A stretch of DNA of 64,000 nucleotides from Collimonas sp. (GCF_039923675.1 NZ_JBDTCG010000015.1:14098-78097), one strand, 5' to 3'. Shown: positions 8,595 through 18,847, counted from the first letter of the stretch. Translations and numbers: made by a program. The notes: generated by a model not told the origin, from the sequence alone.

Positions 8595-9274
8595 TTTTCG
8601 GCGACGACTTCCAGCAGATAGCCGAGGCCGCGCAGGGTGGTGATGGCGACTGCCAGCGGCTCGTTGCGCACCAGTTTTTTCCGCAGGCGATGGATATAGA
8701 TTTCAATCGCATCGGGATTGGCGTCGTCGACGAGCGAAAACACTTCGTCGAACAATTTTTCCTTGGAGACCACGCGGCCGGCGCGGCTGATCAGCACTTC
8801 CAGCACGGCATGCTCACGCGGCGTCAACGCCAGTGCCGCGCCGCCGTAGCTGAACATGCGCGTGACCGTATCGAACTGCAGCGCGCCGCAGCTATACACC
8901 GGCGCTTCGCCGCCCTGGGCGCGGCGCAGCAAGGCCTTGACGCGCGCTTCCAGCTCGACCAGTTCGAAGGGCTTGGCCAGGTAATCGTCGGCGCCCAGGT
9001 TCAAGCCTTGCACCCGGTCTTGCAAGCCGCCGCGCGCTGTCAGGATCAACACCGGGGTCTTGCTGCCGCGCGCGCGCAAGCGCTTCAAGACTTCCAGGCC
9101 ATCCATTTTCGGCAAGCTCAGATCGAGGATAACCAAGGCATACTGCTGGGTGTGCAACAGGCTGTCGGCGTCGGCGCCGTTCATGGCGCATTCGACCGAC
9201 CAATGCGCATCTTGCAAGGCTTTGGTCAGCCAGCGCGATAGCTCGACATGGTCTTCGATCAGCAAAATCCGCAT
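8591..9274 (-). CDS. OmpR-family response regulator (TctD-like)
   Basis: MRILLIEDHVELSRWL receiver domain (DLSLPKMDG phospho-acceptor region) plus a winged-helix output (TLRGLGYLL). Start re-picked at ATG 9274. Confidence 0.85.
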   Translation of the reverse strand: MRILLIEDHVELSRWLTKALQDAHWSVECAMNGADADSLLHTQQYALVILDLSLPKMDGLEVLKRLRARGSKTPVLILTARGGLQDRVQGLNLGADDYLAKPFELVELEARVKALLRRAQGGEAPVYSCGALQFDTVTRMFSYGGAALALTPREHAVLEVLISRAGRVVSKEKLFDEVFSLVDDANPDAIEIYIHRLRKKLVRNEPLAVAITTLRGLGYLLEVVAEK

Positions 9275-9465
9275 GGCTTGGGGCGAGTAGAGTTTTAAAA
9301 TGGGTCGCCAATACTCACACAGAATGCCGTCGTTGGCAAAACGTGAGTGAAAGGAAAATGAAAGACTGGGGTCGTTATGATGCAAAAAAACGTATAAAGC
9401 CCGGTTTCACCCCTGCAGCCGCCAGAGCATTGCAGGAGGAATAACAACAGAATGGGTAGGAGACA

Positions 9466-10455
9466 ATGCATTCCGCAATCACCAGGATTTATGCAATCGG
9501 TGCACTCAGTGCGCTCAGTGCATCCCTCACGCTCGGCGCGCAGGCGGCGCCGCTGCAATGCGTCGCGCCCGCCAAGCCGGGCGGCGGCATGGCTTTAACC
9601 TGCAAGCTGATCCAGAAAGGCTTGCAGATACCCGCCGTCGCCGAGCCGCAGGAAAATCCCCTCAAGATCAGTTATTTGCCCGGCGGCATCGGCGCCGTCG
9701 CCTGGAACTCCATCGTCACGCAACGGCGCGCCGAAGCCGATACGCTGGTGGCGTTTTCCGGCGGCTCGCTGATGAACCTGGCGCAGGGTAAATACGGCGA
9801 TGCCGATGTCAGCAATGTGCGCTGGGTGGCGGCCATCGGCGTTGACTACGGCATGATTGCGGTGCGCAACGATTCGCCCTATAAAACATTGCGCGACTTG
9901 CTGGACGCGCTCAAGAAAAATCCCTCGAAAATCACGATAGGCGCGGCCGGCACGGTCGGCAGCCAGGATTGGCTGAAGATTTCCATGCTGGCCAAACAGA
10001 GCCGGATCGATCCCAAGGACTTGCGTTTCGTTGCGCTGGAAGGCGGCGGCGAGGCATTTACCGCCTTGCGCGCCGGCCATGTGCAGGTAGTCTCGGGCGA
10101 TGCGTCGGAAGCCACCCTGCATACGCTGGACGGCGAGATCCGGATCCTCGCAATATTGTCCGAGCGGCGTTTGCCCGGCGCACTGGCAGCGGTGCCGACC
10201 GCGCACGAGCAAGGCTTGGCGGTCAGCTGGCCGATCATACGCGGCGTTTATGTCGGGCCTGAGGTCAGCGATGCCGCCTACAAGCGCTGGGTAGGCCGCT
10301 TTGACGCCATGATGGCGACGCCTGAATTTGACCGCCTGCGCGCCGCCACCGGGTTGTCACCATTCGCCATGAGCGGCGAAAAACTGACCGTATATATAAA
10401 GAAAACCGTGGAAGACTACCGCAAGCAATCGGACCAGCTTGGCTTGATCAGGTAA
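9466..10455 (+). CDS. Bug/TctC-family tripartite tricarboxylate transporter substrate-binding protein
   Basis: Signal peptide, about 330 aa, sequence character of the Bug family. Divergent from the TctDE-like pair. Confidence 0.8.
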   Translation: MHSAITRIYAIGALSALSASLTLGAQAAPLQCVAPAKPGGGMALTCKLIQKGLQIPAVAEPQENPLKISYLPGGIGAVAWNSIVTQRRAEADTLVAFSGGSLMNLAQGKYGDADVSNVRWVAAIGVDYGMIAVRNDSPYKTLRDLLDALKKNPSKITIGAAGTVGSQDWLKISMLAKQSRIDPKDLRFVALEGGGEAFTALRAGHVQVVSGDASEATLHTLDGEIRILAILSERRLPGALAAVPTAHEQGLAVSWPIIRGVYVGPEVSDAAYKRWVGRFDAMMATPEFDRLRAATGLSPFAMSGEKLTVYIKKTVEDYRKQSDQLGLIR

Positions 10456-10627
10456 ACCGCGCCGCGACTTCAGGTCCGGCAACACCCCGCAGGCAATAGC
10501 GAATGGCAGCCATATCCAGGCTGGCGCCGGCACGCCTGCGTCTTTTGAAAAGATGCAACCCGATGCAACCGGACCTAACTCGATTTAACCCGTTCGCAAC
10601 AATCATAACCATCAGGAGACGACACCC

Positions 10628-11728
10628 ATGTTGATCAAAAAACCTTTGGCCGCAGCACTCGCTGTCTTGTCATTCACCCTGGCCTTGAACGCCTCGGCGC
10701 AAACGCCTGCCGGCTATCCGGCGGATTACGCCAAGATCGTCGACGGCGCCAAGAAGGAGGGCAAGCTGGTGATCTACAGCGCCACCGATTCGAAGGCAGC
10801 GGAACCGCTGATCAAGGATTTCAGCGCGCTCTATCCGGGCGTCAAGGTTGAGTTCAACGACATGAATTCGACCGAAGTCTACAACCGCTTCATTTCGGAA
10901 GCGGCCGCCGGCGGCGCCACCGCCGACGTGCTATGGTCATCGGCGATGGACCTGCAATTCAAGCTGGTCAGCGAGGGTTACGGCGCGGTGTACAAATCGC
11001 AGGAAGCGGCGGCGATTCCGGCCTGGGCCAACTACAAGGACAGCGCCTATGGCACGACTTTCGAACCGCTGGCGATCGTCTATAACAAGCGGCTGGTCAG
11101 CGCCGACGAAGTGCCAACCACCCACGCCGACCTGGTCAAGCTGCTGACCGCCAAGGCTGACAAATTCCGCAACAAGGTCACTACTTACGATATTGAAAAA
11201 TCCGGCGTCGGCTTTTCTTTCATTACCGAAGATGCCCAGATCAACCCGCAGTTCTGGGAACTGGCCAAGACTTTCGGTGATGTCGGCATCCGCGTGCAAT
11301 CGTCCACCGGCACCATGCTGGAGCGGATTTCTTCCGGCGAAAATCTGATCGGCTACAACGTCATCGGCTCCTATGCGCAAGCGCGTGCGGCCAAGGATCC
11401 GTCGCTCGGCGTGGCTTTCACCAAGGACTACAACCTGGTGCTGTCGCGCGTGGCGTTCATCAACAAGTCGGCCAAGAACATGAACGCGGCCAAGCTGTGG
11501 ATCGACTATCTGTTGTCCAAGCGCGGCCAGACCATCATCTCGACCGATTCGCAACTGTATGCCTTGCGTTCTGATGTCAGCGGCAACGCGACGCTGACCA
11601 GCCTGACGACCCAGCTCGGCGGTGCACTCAAGCCGATTCCGATTACGCCGGCGTTGCTGCAATACCTGGATCAGACCAAGCGTCTGGCGTTCCTTAAGCA
11701 GTGGAAAGCCGCGGCAGGCAAGAAGTAG
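10628..11728 (+). CDS. ABC transporter periplasmic substrate-binding protein, Fe(III)/FbpA-type (solute-binding family 1)
   Basis: Signal peptide MLIKKPLAAALAVLSFTLALNASA, then KLVIYSATD... typical of FbpA/AfuA-like binding proteins. First gene of the SBP-permease-ATPase operon. Confidence 0.75.
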   Translation: MLIKKPLAAALAVLSFTLALNASAQTPAGYPADYAKIVDGAKKEGKLVIYSATDSKAAEPLIKDFSALYPGVKVEFNDMNSTEVYNRFISEAAAGGATADVLWSSAMDLQFKLVSEGYGAVYKSQEAAAIPAWANYKDSAYGTTFEPLAIVYNKRLVSADEVPTTHADLVKLLTAKADKFRNKVTTYDIEKSGVGFSFITEDAQINPQFWELAKTFGDVGIRVQSSTGTMLERISSGENLIGYNVIGSYAQARAAKDPSLGVAFTKDYNLVLSRVAFINKSAKNMNAAKLWIDYLLSKRGQTIISTDSQLYALRSDVSGNATLTSLTTQLGGALKPIPITPALLQYLDQTKRLAFLKQWKAAAGKK

Positions 11729-11800
11729 GGGCACGACACAGGTCTCGGCGGTCCCGCCGGGACCTGTGAATTCAAGCTGGGTTTTTGCAAGGTACACACT

Positions 11801-13606
11801 ATGACTTCTATTTCCTCCCCCCATCCACTAGCCAGCCGCTCACGGCTGGCGCGCCTCAACTGGCCGCGCGGACTGGTGGTTACGCTGGCGGCGGTGGCGA
11901 TCTTCCTGCCGCTGGTGCTGATTTTTTATCAAAGTTTTTTATCCGCGCCTTTTTTTGCGCCAGTCAAGACCCTGAGCCTGGAACCGTATCGCTTCATCTT
12001 CGACGATCCGGATTTCCGCCAGGCTTTCATTAACGGCCTGCTGCTGGCCAGCGGCCTGGCTTTCATCGCGGTGCCGCTGGGCGGCATGCTGGCTTTCCTG
12101 ATGGTGCGCACCGACCTGCCTGGCCGCAACTGGATTGCGCCGATGCTGCTGGTGCCGATTTTCGTGTCGCCGATGGTGATCGCTTTCGGTTATGTAGTAT
12201 CGATGGGGCCGGTCGGTTTCTATACGGTCTGGATGCAAGACTTGCTGCGCATGGTCGGCATCGAGGCGACGCCATGGAATGTGTATGCCTTTCCCAGCAT
12301 CGTCATCATCGCCGGCCTGACCCACGTGCCGCACGTTTACCTGTACGCCTCCGCAGCCCTGAAGAGCCTCGGGGCTGATGTCGAAGAAGCCGCGCGCGTA
12401 GCCGGTGCTTCGCCATTGCAGGTCGCGCTGAACGTCTCGCTGCCGATGATCATGCCGGCGCTGGCGTATGCCGGCGTACTGGTGTTCTTCCTCGGCTTTG
12501 AAGTATTCGGGCTGGTGCTGGTGCTGGGCGATCCGGAAGGCCATCTGGTATTGCCGACCTATCTGTACAAACTGACCAACAAGCTCGGCACGCCTTCTTA
12601 TCATCTGATGGCGGCGGTGGCGGTGTGCCTGGTGGCGGTGACCTTGCCGCTGGTGATGATACAACGCTGGCTGCTGCGTTCGGCCAACAAATATGTCTCG
12701 ATCAAGGGCAAGGGCGCGCGGCAGAAGGCGCTGCCGCTGGGTAAGTGGAAATGGCTGGCGTTCGGCTTGATCGCAGCGTGGCTGATCTTCACCATCGTGA
12801 TCCCGTTGTCCGGCATCGCCTTGCGCGCCTTCGTGTCGCACTGGGGTTACGGCGTGTCGCTGCTGGATGCAATGACTTTGCAACATTTCCGCGATATCTG
12901 GGAACAGCCGTCGCTGATGCGCGGCATCGTCAACACCATCCTGATCGGCGTCATCGGCGGTGCGATCGCAGTGGCTTGTTATTGCTGTATTGCGCTGGCC
13001 ATGCACCGCAAGGCGGACGGCATCACCCGTTTCCTCGACTACAGCGTGCTGATCCCGCGTGCCGTGCCGGGTTTGCTGGCCGGCTTGTCGTTCTTGTGGG
13101 TGTTCCTGTTCGTGCCGTCGTTCCTCGACAGCTTCCTCAAGGGGTATGACAACGCCGTTGCCAACTGGCTGGTGGAAAATTTCATTCCGCAATTGCGCGA
13201 ACTGCGCTCCACCATTTTCTCGGTATGGCTGGCGTATTCGGTGGTGTGGCTGGCTTATGGCTTGCGCCTGATTACGACGGCGCTGTTGCAGGTCGGGCCG
13301 GAACTGGAAGAAGCGGCGCGCGCGGTCGGCGCCCGCCGTTCGCAAGTGACGCGCGACGTCACCTTGCCGCTGGTGCGCTACGGCGTGCTGGGGGCCTGGC
13401 TGATGGTGTTCCTGATTTTCGAACGCGAGTATTCCACCGGCGTCTATCTGCTGTCGCCCGGCACCGAAGTCATCGGCGCGCTGATCGTCTCGCTCTGGGC
13501 TTCCGGTTCGGTCGACCTGGTGGCGACGCTGTCCTTTATCAACATCACGCTAGTGGCCATCGGCCTCGGCATCGCGCTGCGCTTCGGCATCAAGTTGCAC
13601 GACTAA
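11801..13606 (+). CDS. ABC transporter permease, fused double-domain FbpB-type
   Basis: 601 aa, about 12 TM helices, two repeated BPD-transporter halves, as in iron(III) ABC permeases. Confidence 0.85.
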   Translation: MTSISSPHPLASRSRLARLNWPRGLVVTLAAVAIFLPLVLIFYQSFLSAPFFAPVKTLSLEPYRFIFDDPDFRQAFINGLLLASGLAFIAVPLGGMLAFLMVRTDLPGRNWIAPMLLVPIFVSPMVIAFGYVVSMGPVGFYTVWMQDLLRMVGIEATPWNVYAFPSIVIIAGLTHVPHVYLYASAALKSLGADVEEAARVAGASPLQVALNVSLPMIMPALAYAGVLVFFLGFEVFGLVLVLGDPEGHLVLPTYLYKLTNKLGTPSYHLMAAVAVCLVAVTLPLVMIQRWLLRSANKYVSIKGKGARQKALPLGKWKWLAFGLIAAWLIFTIVIPLSGIALRAFVSHWGYGVSLLDAMTLQHFRDIWEQPSLMRGIVNTILIGVIGGAIAVACYCCIALAMHRKADGITRFLDYSVLIPRAVPGLLAGLSFLWVFLFVPSFLDSFLKGYDNAVANWLVENFIPQLRELRSTIFSVWLAYSVVWLAYGLRLITTALLQVGPELEEAARAVGARRSQVTRDVTLPLVRYGVLGAWLMVFLIFEREYSTGVYLLSPGTEVIGALIVSLWASGSVDLVATLSFINITLVAIGLGIALRFGIKLHD

Positions 13607-13638
13607 GCGTGCACAGCACACAAACACAGGAAATCATC

Positions 13639-14724
13639 ATGAGCGAATTAAGCGTCAACAACCTGCACCTCGACTACGGCAGCGGCGCCAGCGCCAATCC
13701 GATTCTCAAAGGCGTATCGATGGAATTGCAGCGCGGCGAAGTAGTGGCTTTGCTGGGGCCTTCCGGCAGCGGCAAGACCACCTTGCTGCGCGCCGTGGCG
13801 GGGCTGGAATCGCCGAAATCGGGCAGCATCCAGATCGGCGAGCGAACCATGTACGACGGCAGCCGCAAGCTGGAAATTCCGGCGGAAGAACGCAATCTCG
13901 GGCTGGTGTTCCAGTCGTATGCCTTGTGGCCGCACAAGACGGTGTTCGATAACGTCGCCTACGGCTTGAAGCTGCGCAAGATGAACGGCAGCGATATTGC
14001 CGAACGCGTCAAAACCGTGCTGGGACAACTCGGCCTCGGCCACCTGGGCGAGCGCTTTCCTCACCAGCTCTCCGGCGGCCAGCAACAACGCGTCGCCATC
14101 GCCCGTGCGCTGGTATACAACCCGCCGGTGATCCTGCTGGACGAACCGTTGTCCAACCTGGACGCCAAGCTGCGCGAAGAAGCGCGCGCCTTCTTGCGCG
14201 AACTGATCGTGCGGCTCGGTCTGTCGGCATTGATGGTGACCCACGACCAGGCCGAAGCGATGGCGATTTCGGACCGTATCCTGTTGCTCAACAACGGCAA
14301 GATCGAACAGCAAGGTACGCCGCAGCGCATGTATGAAACGCCGGATACCTTGTTCACCGCGGAATTCATGGGTAGCAACAACCGTTTGCCGGCCAAGGTG
14401 CTGCATAGCGACGACTCGCATGCCTCGCTGCAAGTTGAGGGTGGCAATGTCACGGCGACGCTGCGTGGTCCTGGCGCCGGTGGCAAGGACACAATCGCCA
14501 TCATCCGCGTCGAGCAGGTCAACATTTCCGATACCCAGGTAGAAAACAGCATCAGGCTGCCACTGGCGACTTGCATGTATCTGGGCGACCGCTGGGAATG
14601 TGTGTTTCGCAACACGGCGGAAAGCGGCGCCGACAGCAGCGTCTTGCGGGCTTACGCAAGACAACGGCTGGCGCCGGGCGAGTACTGGCTGCAATTGCCG
14701 AAAGATGCGCTGTGGGCGTTCTAG
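13639..14724 (+). CDS. ABC transporter ATP-binding protein (FbpC/PotA-like)
   Basis: Walker A GPSGSGKTT, signature LSGGQQQRV, Walker B ILLDEP. Start at MSELSVNNL (ATG 13639, aGGAaa upstream). The track's 499-aa version carries an Arg/Ala-rich false N-terminal extension overlapping the permease. Confidence 0.9.
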   Translation: MSELSVNNLHLDYGSGASANPILKGVSMELQRGEVVALLGPSGSGKTTLLRAVAGLESPKSGSIQIGERTMYDGSRKLEIPAEERNLGLVFQSYALWPHKTVFDNVAYGLKLRKMNGSDIAERVKTVLGQLGLGHLGERFPHQLSGGQQQRVAIARALVYNPPVILLDEPLSNLDAKLREEARAFLRELIVRLGLSALMVTHDQAEAMAISDRILLLNNGKIEQQGTPQRMYETPDTLFTAEFMGSNNRLPAKVLHSDDSHASLQVEGGNVTATLRGPGAGGKDTIAIIRVEQVNISDTQVENSIRLPLATCMYLGDRWECVFRNTAESGADSSVLRAYARQRLAPGEYWLQLPKDALWAF

Positions 14725-14836
14725 GCCAGGGTTTATCACGCAGGAAAAGCAAGGAAATTTCGCATCACAGGCTATGTGCAGCCGGCCGTAATTGCACAGT
14801 CCGCACAATCAAAAATACTACAACGGAGGAAACACA

Positions 14837-15913
14837 ATGAAAAGAAAATACCTGGCGACGGCAACCTTCGCCGCACTCGGGGCTTTGGCGAGCAGCGCTT
14901 ACGCTCAAACCAATGTCAGCATCTACGGCATCATCGACACCGGGGTCGAGTATGTGAATAACGCCAACGCCAACAAGGATGGCCTGCTACGCCTTAGCTC
15001 CGGCGCGATGAACACATCGCGCATCGGCTTTCGCGGCACAGAAGACCTGGGCGGCGGCCTGAAGGCCGTATTCCAGCTGGAAAACGGTTTCAAGGTCGAT
15101 ACCGGCGAGTTCGACAGCACCGGCGTGCTGTTCAACCGCCAGGCCAATGTCGGCCTGGAAGGTAATTTCGGACGGCTGGTCGCAGGGCGCTCGTTTACCA
15201 CCACCTATGATTTCATTCTGCCGTTCGATCCCATGGGTTATTCGGGCCAGTATTCCTGGGTGACTTCGGCCGGCGCCACCGGCGGCCGCAAGGATGGCAT
15301 GCCGACCAATTTGCAAAACATCCTCAAGTACCAGGGGAAATTCGGCAACTTCAAGCTGGGCGCGACATACGGCTTCGGCGAAGTTGCCGGCAGCACCAGC
15401 GACAGCGCCAAGTACGACCTCGGCATCGGCTACGAAAGCGGGCCGTTCCGTATTGCGGCGACCTTCGACCGGGTCAACGGCGCGGCGGCCAACCCGGCCA
15501 ACAGCGCCTATGACAAGGCCACCAGCATCCACCTGGCCGGCGACTATCAGCTGGGCGGCAACCTGGACCTGAATCTGGGTTATCGGAACTACAAGAAGAC
15601 GCTGGCATCGCATGCACCCGATTTGCGCAGCGATTTCTTCTGGGGCGGCGCCAGCTACAAGGTGACGCCGGTGGTGACGCTGATCGGCGCAATCTACTAC
15701 CAGAACATCAAGAACGTCCCGAGCGGCAAAGATGCGGATCCAATCATGTATTCGGTGCGCGGCAAGTATGCGCTGTCTAAACGCACCGACCTGTACCTGA
15801 GCGCCGCGTATGCCAAAGCCAAGAACCAGCAGCTGGTCGGATTGTCGCGTGACGATATTGCGTTTGGCAGCAGCCAGACTGGCGTGATTGCGGGGATGCA
15901 GCACCGTTTCTGA
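14837..15913 (+). CDS. Gram-negative general porin (OmpC/Porin_4 type)
   Basis: MKRKYLATATFAALGALASSAYAQ signal peptide, then TNVSIYGIIDTGVEYV, alternating beta-strand pattern and C-terminal ...GMQHRF. GGAGGA SD upstream. Confidence 0.85.
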   Translation: MKRKYLATATFAALGALASSAYAQTNVSIYGIIDTGVEYVNNANANKDGLLRLSSGAMNTSRIGFRGTEDLGGGLKAVFQLENGFKVDTGEFDSTGVLFNRQANVGLEGNFGRLVAGRSFTTTYDFILPFDPMGYSGQYSWVTSAGATGGRKDGMPTNLQNILKYQGKFGNFKLGATYGFGEVAGSTSDSAKYDLGIGYESGPFRIAATFDRVNGAAANPANSAYDKATSIHLAGDYQLGGNLDLNLGYRNYKKTLASHAPDLRSDFFWGGASYKVTPVVTLIGAIYYQNIKNVPSGKDADPIMYSVRGKYALSKRTDLYLSAAYAKAKNQQLVGLSRDDIAFGSSQTGVIAGMQHRF

Positions 15914-15924
15914 TTTTTGCAGAC

Positions 15925-15983
15925 GTAGGTTGGATTGGCACTTCGTCGGATTAAGTAACTTACGTAATGCTGCTCCGACCTAC
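15925..15983. repeat. REP-like palindromic intergenic element
   Basis: gtaggttggattggc...(loop)...gctccgacctac imperfect inverted termini, downstream of the porin gene. Resembles the GTAGGTCGGA-type REP family common in beta/gamma-proteobacteria. Confidence 0.4.
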
Positions 15984-16084
15984 GATGCACACAATGTGCG
16001 GGAAAATATGGCAAACACTCCTCGCTGAATGCGGCGTAAAATGTTTCGTCAAAAAAACAATCGCCGATATCAACACTAGGAGAA

Positions 16085-18280
16085 TTGATGCAAGTTTCTA
16101 CAAGACGTATCTCGGTATGCGGATTGATGCTGACCGCCGCCGCAGGATTGATGGGTTGCGATATGCCGACCAAGGCCGAGAAGGCCACTGCCGCCGCGAC
16201 CGCAGCCTATGCGACATCCTCGCCCTTTGCCCAGATCAGCTCCTTGCCGTACAACCTGCCACCCTTCGGCAAGATCAAGGATAGCGACTACAAACCGTCA
16301 TTCGAGGCGGGCATGGCGCAGCAGCGCCAGGAAGTCAATGCGATTGCGGCCAATCCGGCGGCCCCGACCTTCGATAACACGATTGTGGCGCTGGAACGCT
16401 CCGGCCAGATGCTGACCCGCGTCAGAGACGTCTTTTTCAATCTCATCAGTTCCAACACCAGTCCGGTGATGGACCAGACCCAGCAAGACATGGCGCCCAA
16501 ACTGGCGGAGCATGAAGACGCCATCTTCCTCGATCCGATCCTGTTCGCCCGCATCGAGACGCTGTACCAGCAACGCGCCAGCCTCGGCCTCGATCCGGAA
16601 TCGCTGCGGCTGCTGGAACGCTACCGGACCGACTTTGTCCGCGCCGGCGCGCGCTTGTCGCCCGCCGACAAAGATCAGTTGCGCAAGATGAACCAGCAGA
16701 TTTCCTTGCTCACCACCCAATTCCAGCAAAACCTGCTGAAAGCCAGCAACGACGGCGCGATCGTGGTCGACAACGTAGCCGATCTGGACGGTTTATCGAA
16801 AGAAGAAATCGCTGCCGCCGCACAGGCTGCGGAAACCCGCAAGCTGGACGGAAAATGGCTGATCCCGCTGCAAAACACCACCGACCAGCCGGTGCTGGCG
16901 CAACTCAAGAATCGCGCGCTGCGCGAACGCATCTATAAAGCCTCGATCAGCCGTGGCGATGGCGGTGCCGGCGACAACGTCGGCAATGTTGCGCAAATCG
17001 TCAAGCTGCGGGCCCAGCGCGCCGCGTTGCTGGGTTATCCCAACCATGCCGCCTATGTGCTGGAAGAAGAAACCGCCGGCACGCCTGCCGCTGTGAACAA
17101 GATGCTGGCGCAACTGGCGCCACCTGCCGCCGCCAACGCCCGCAAGGAAGCGGCCGCCATGCAGCAACTGATCGACCGCCAGGCCAAGGCGAAACATGGC
17201 AAGCCGTTCAAATTGCAACCATGGGACTGGGGCTTTTATTCGGAGCAGGTACGCAAGGCGCGTTACAACTTCGACGAATCGCAGATCAAGCCTTACTTCG
17301 AGCTCAACAACGTGTTGCAGGATGGCGTGTTCTACGCAGCGCATGAGCTGTACGGGCTGACTTTCAAGGAACGCACCGACTTGCCGGTATACCAGCAGGA
17401 TGTGCGCGTGTTCGAAGTGTTCAACGCGGACGGTTCTGCGCTGGGCTTGTTCCTGTTCGACCCGTTCGCACGCGACAACAAGCAGGGCGGCGCCTGGATG
17501 AACAGCTATGTCGCACAATCGCGCTTGTTCGGCACCAAGCCTGTCGTATCGAACAATATCAACATCGCCAAACCGCCGGCAGGCAAGCCGGTGCTGCTCA
17601 GCTTCGATGAAGTCAACACCATGTTCCACGAGTTCGGCCATGGCTTGCACGGCTTGTTCTCGAATGTTGAATATCCGATGTTCTCCGGTGCCTCGGTGCC
17701 GCCTGACTTTGTCGAATATCCTTCGCAATTCAATGAAATGTGGTCGCACAATCCGAAGGTGCTGGCGCACTATGCCAAGCACTATGAAACCGGCAAACCG
17801 ATGCCGCAGGCGCTGGTCAACAAGGTGCTGGCTGCGCGCAAATTCAATGCCGGCTACGACACCTCCGAATATCTGTCGGCGGCGATGCTGGACCAGTCCT
17901 GGCACCAGCTGTCGGTCAACCAGACCCCGGATGTCACCGACGTCATGGCGTTTGAAGCCAAAGCGCTGGGCACCGCCAACGCCAAGGGTTACGTGGTGCC
18001 GCCGCGCTATCACACGACTTACTTTTCACATGTGTTCGCCAACGGCTATTCCGCTGGGTACTACGCCTATATCTGGAGCGACGTGCTGGCCAAGGATACC
18101 GAGTACTGGATGAATACCCATGGCGGCTTGAAGCGCGCCAACGGCGACCTGTTGCGCGCCAAGGTGCTGTCGCGCGGCTTCAGTGAAGATCCAAGCGCAT
18201 TGTTCAAGGATTTTTATGGCCGCGGACCGGATGTCGGGCCTTTGCTTGATGCACGTGGCCTGACTGGCGCGGCCAAGTAA
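16085..18280 (+). CDS. dcp: M3-family peptidyl-dipeptidase Dcp, lipoprotein form
   Basis: Zinc motif HEFGHGLH, about 730 aa, strong M3A character (YWMNTHGGL..., FYGRGP). N-terminal lipobox LMGC. Confidence 0.85.
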   Translation: MMQVSTRRISVCGLMLTAAAGLMGCDMPTKAEKATAAATAAYATSSPFAQISSLPYNLPPFGKIKDSDYKPSFEAGMAQQRQEVNAIAANPAAPTFDNTIVALERSGQMLTRVRDVFFNLISSNTSPVMDQTQQDMAPKLAEHEDAIFLDPILFARIETLYQQRASLGLDPESLRLLERYRTDFVRAGARLSPADKDQLRKMNQQISLLTTQFQQNLLKASNDGAIVVDNVADLDGLSKEEIAAAAQAAETRKLDGKWLIPLQNTTDQPVLAQLKNRALRERIYKASISRGDGGAGDNVGNVAQIVKLRAQRAALLGYPNHAAYVLEEETAGTPAAVNKMLAQLAPPAAANARKEAAAMQQLIDRQAKAKHGKPFKLQPWDWGFYSEQVRKARYNFDESQIKPYFELNNVLQDGVFYAAHELYGLTFKERTDLPVYQQDVRVFEVFNADGSALGLFLFDPFARDNKQGGAWMNSYVAQSRLFGTKPVVSNNINIAKPPAGKPVLLSFDEVNTMFHEFGHGLHGLFSNVEYPMFSGASVPPDFVEYPSQFNEMWSHNPKVLAHYAKHYETGKPMPQALVNKVLAARKFNAGYDTSEYLSAAMLDQSWHQLSVNQTPDVTDVMAFEAKALGTANAKGYVVPPRYHTTYFSHVFANGYSAGYYAYIWSDVLAKDTEYWMNTHGGLKRANGDLLRAKVLSRGFSEDPSALFKDFYGRGPDVGPLLDARGLTGAAK

Positions 18281-18303
18281 TCGGTGGGAATTGGCAGGAA
18301 ATG

Positions 18304-18336
18304 AAAACGGGGCAGAAATTCTGCCCCGTTTTTTTT
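18304..18336. terminator. bidirectional rho-independent terminator between convergent dcp and the asparaginase-like gene
   Basis: aaaacggggcag-aaatt-ctgccccgtttttttt, a perfect GC-rich stem flanked by A- and T-runs. Confidence 0.75.
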
Positions 18337-18361
18337 CGTTTGTTTTATCCCGGCGACGAAA

Positions 18362-18847
18362 TTACAGCGGCTCGAAAACGCCCGCAGTCCGGTTCTTTTC
18401 CACTTTGTCCCAAGCAAAGATCTTGCCGTTCATCGCCACATACACGCCATGCGGCAAGGCTTGCGCCACGCCACAGGCGAAGCCGAAATTGAACAGGGCG
18501 TCGGAATTGGCGATGGCGTAGGGAATCATCGCGCCGGTCACTACGATGGTCTTCTCCAGCGCTGCCGCGCCCAGCACGGCAGCGGTCTCGCGCATGGTGT
18601 CGGTGCCGTGGATGATGACGATAGCCTCTTCCTTGGCGTGGGTGCACGAGGCCAGCACGCGACGACGGTCTATATCCTGCATGTCGAGCGAATCCAGCAG
18701 CGGCAATTCCTCCAGCGCGATTTCCGCAGTGATGCGGGCGCGCTGGATCACCTGCGGCAAATGGCTGGCGGCGAAGGTCAATTTACCGGCGATCTCGTCG
18801 TAGTGCTTGTCGAAGGTGCCGCCGGTGGCGATGATGCGTAAAGCCAT
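18362..18847 (-). CDS. asparaginase-domain protein (N-terminal catalytic domain only)
   Basis: IIATGGTFDK and IIHGTDTM motifs of the L-asparaginase/GatD N-domain. Only 161 aa. Confidence 0.7.
   Translation of the reverse strand: MALRIIATGGTFDKHYDEIAGKLTFAASHLPQVIQRARITAEIALEELPLLDSLDMQDIDRRRVLASCTHAKEEAIVIIHGTDTMRETAAVLGAAALEKTIVVTGAMIPYAIANSDALFNFGFACGVAQALPHGVYVAMNGKIFAWDKVEKNRTAGVFEPL

Noticed and set aside
11939-13345. 468-aa minus-strand ORF opposite the ABC permease. Similar long antisense ORFs occur elsewhere: 13648..14808, 14987..15904, 16793..18013, 19008..20573, 20426..21955, 27897..28661, 33616..34806, 35626..36732, 49889..51175, 54750..56222, 58725..59426, 60174..60866 and 62342..63826.
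   Set aside because: All lie antisense to genes with unmistakable family motifs. Their translations are Arg/His/Gln/Gly/Ala-rich with no motifs, the classic stop-codon-poor shadow frames of GC-rich DNA.
13225-13638. 138-codon N-terminal extension of the ABC ATPase ORF (track version 13225..14724).
   Set aside because: The extension overlaps the end of the permease gene in another frame and is Arg/Ala/Gly-rich junk. A proper ATG with a purine-rich SD sits at 13639, right before the conserved N-terminus.
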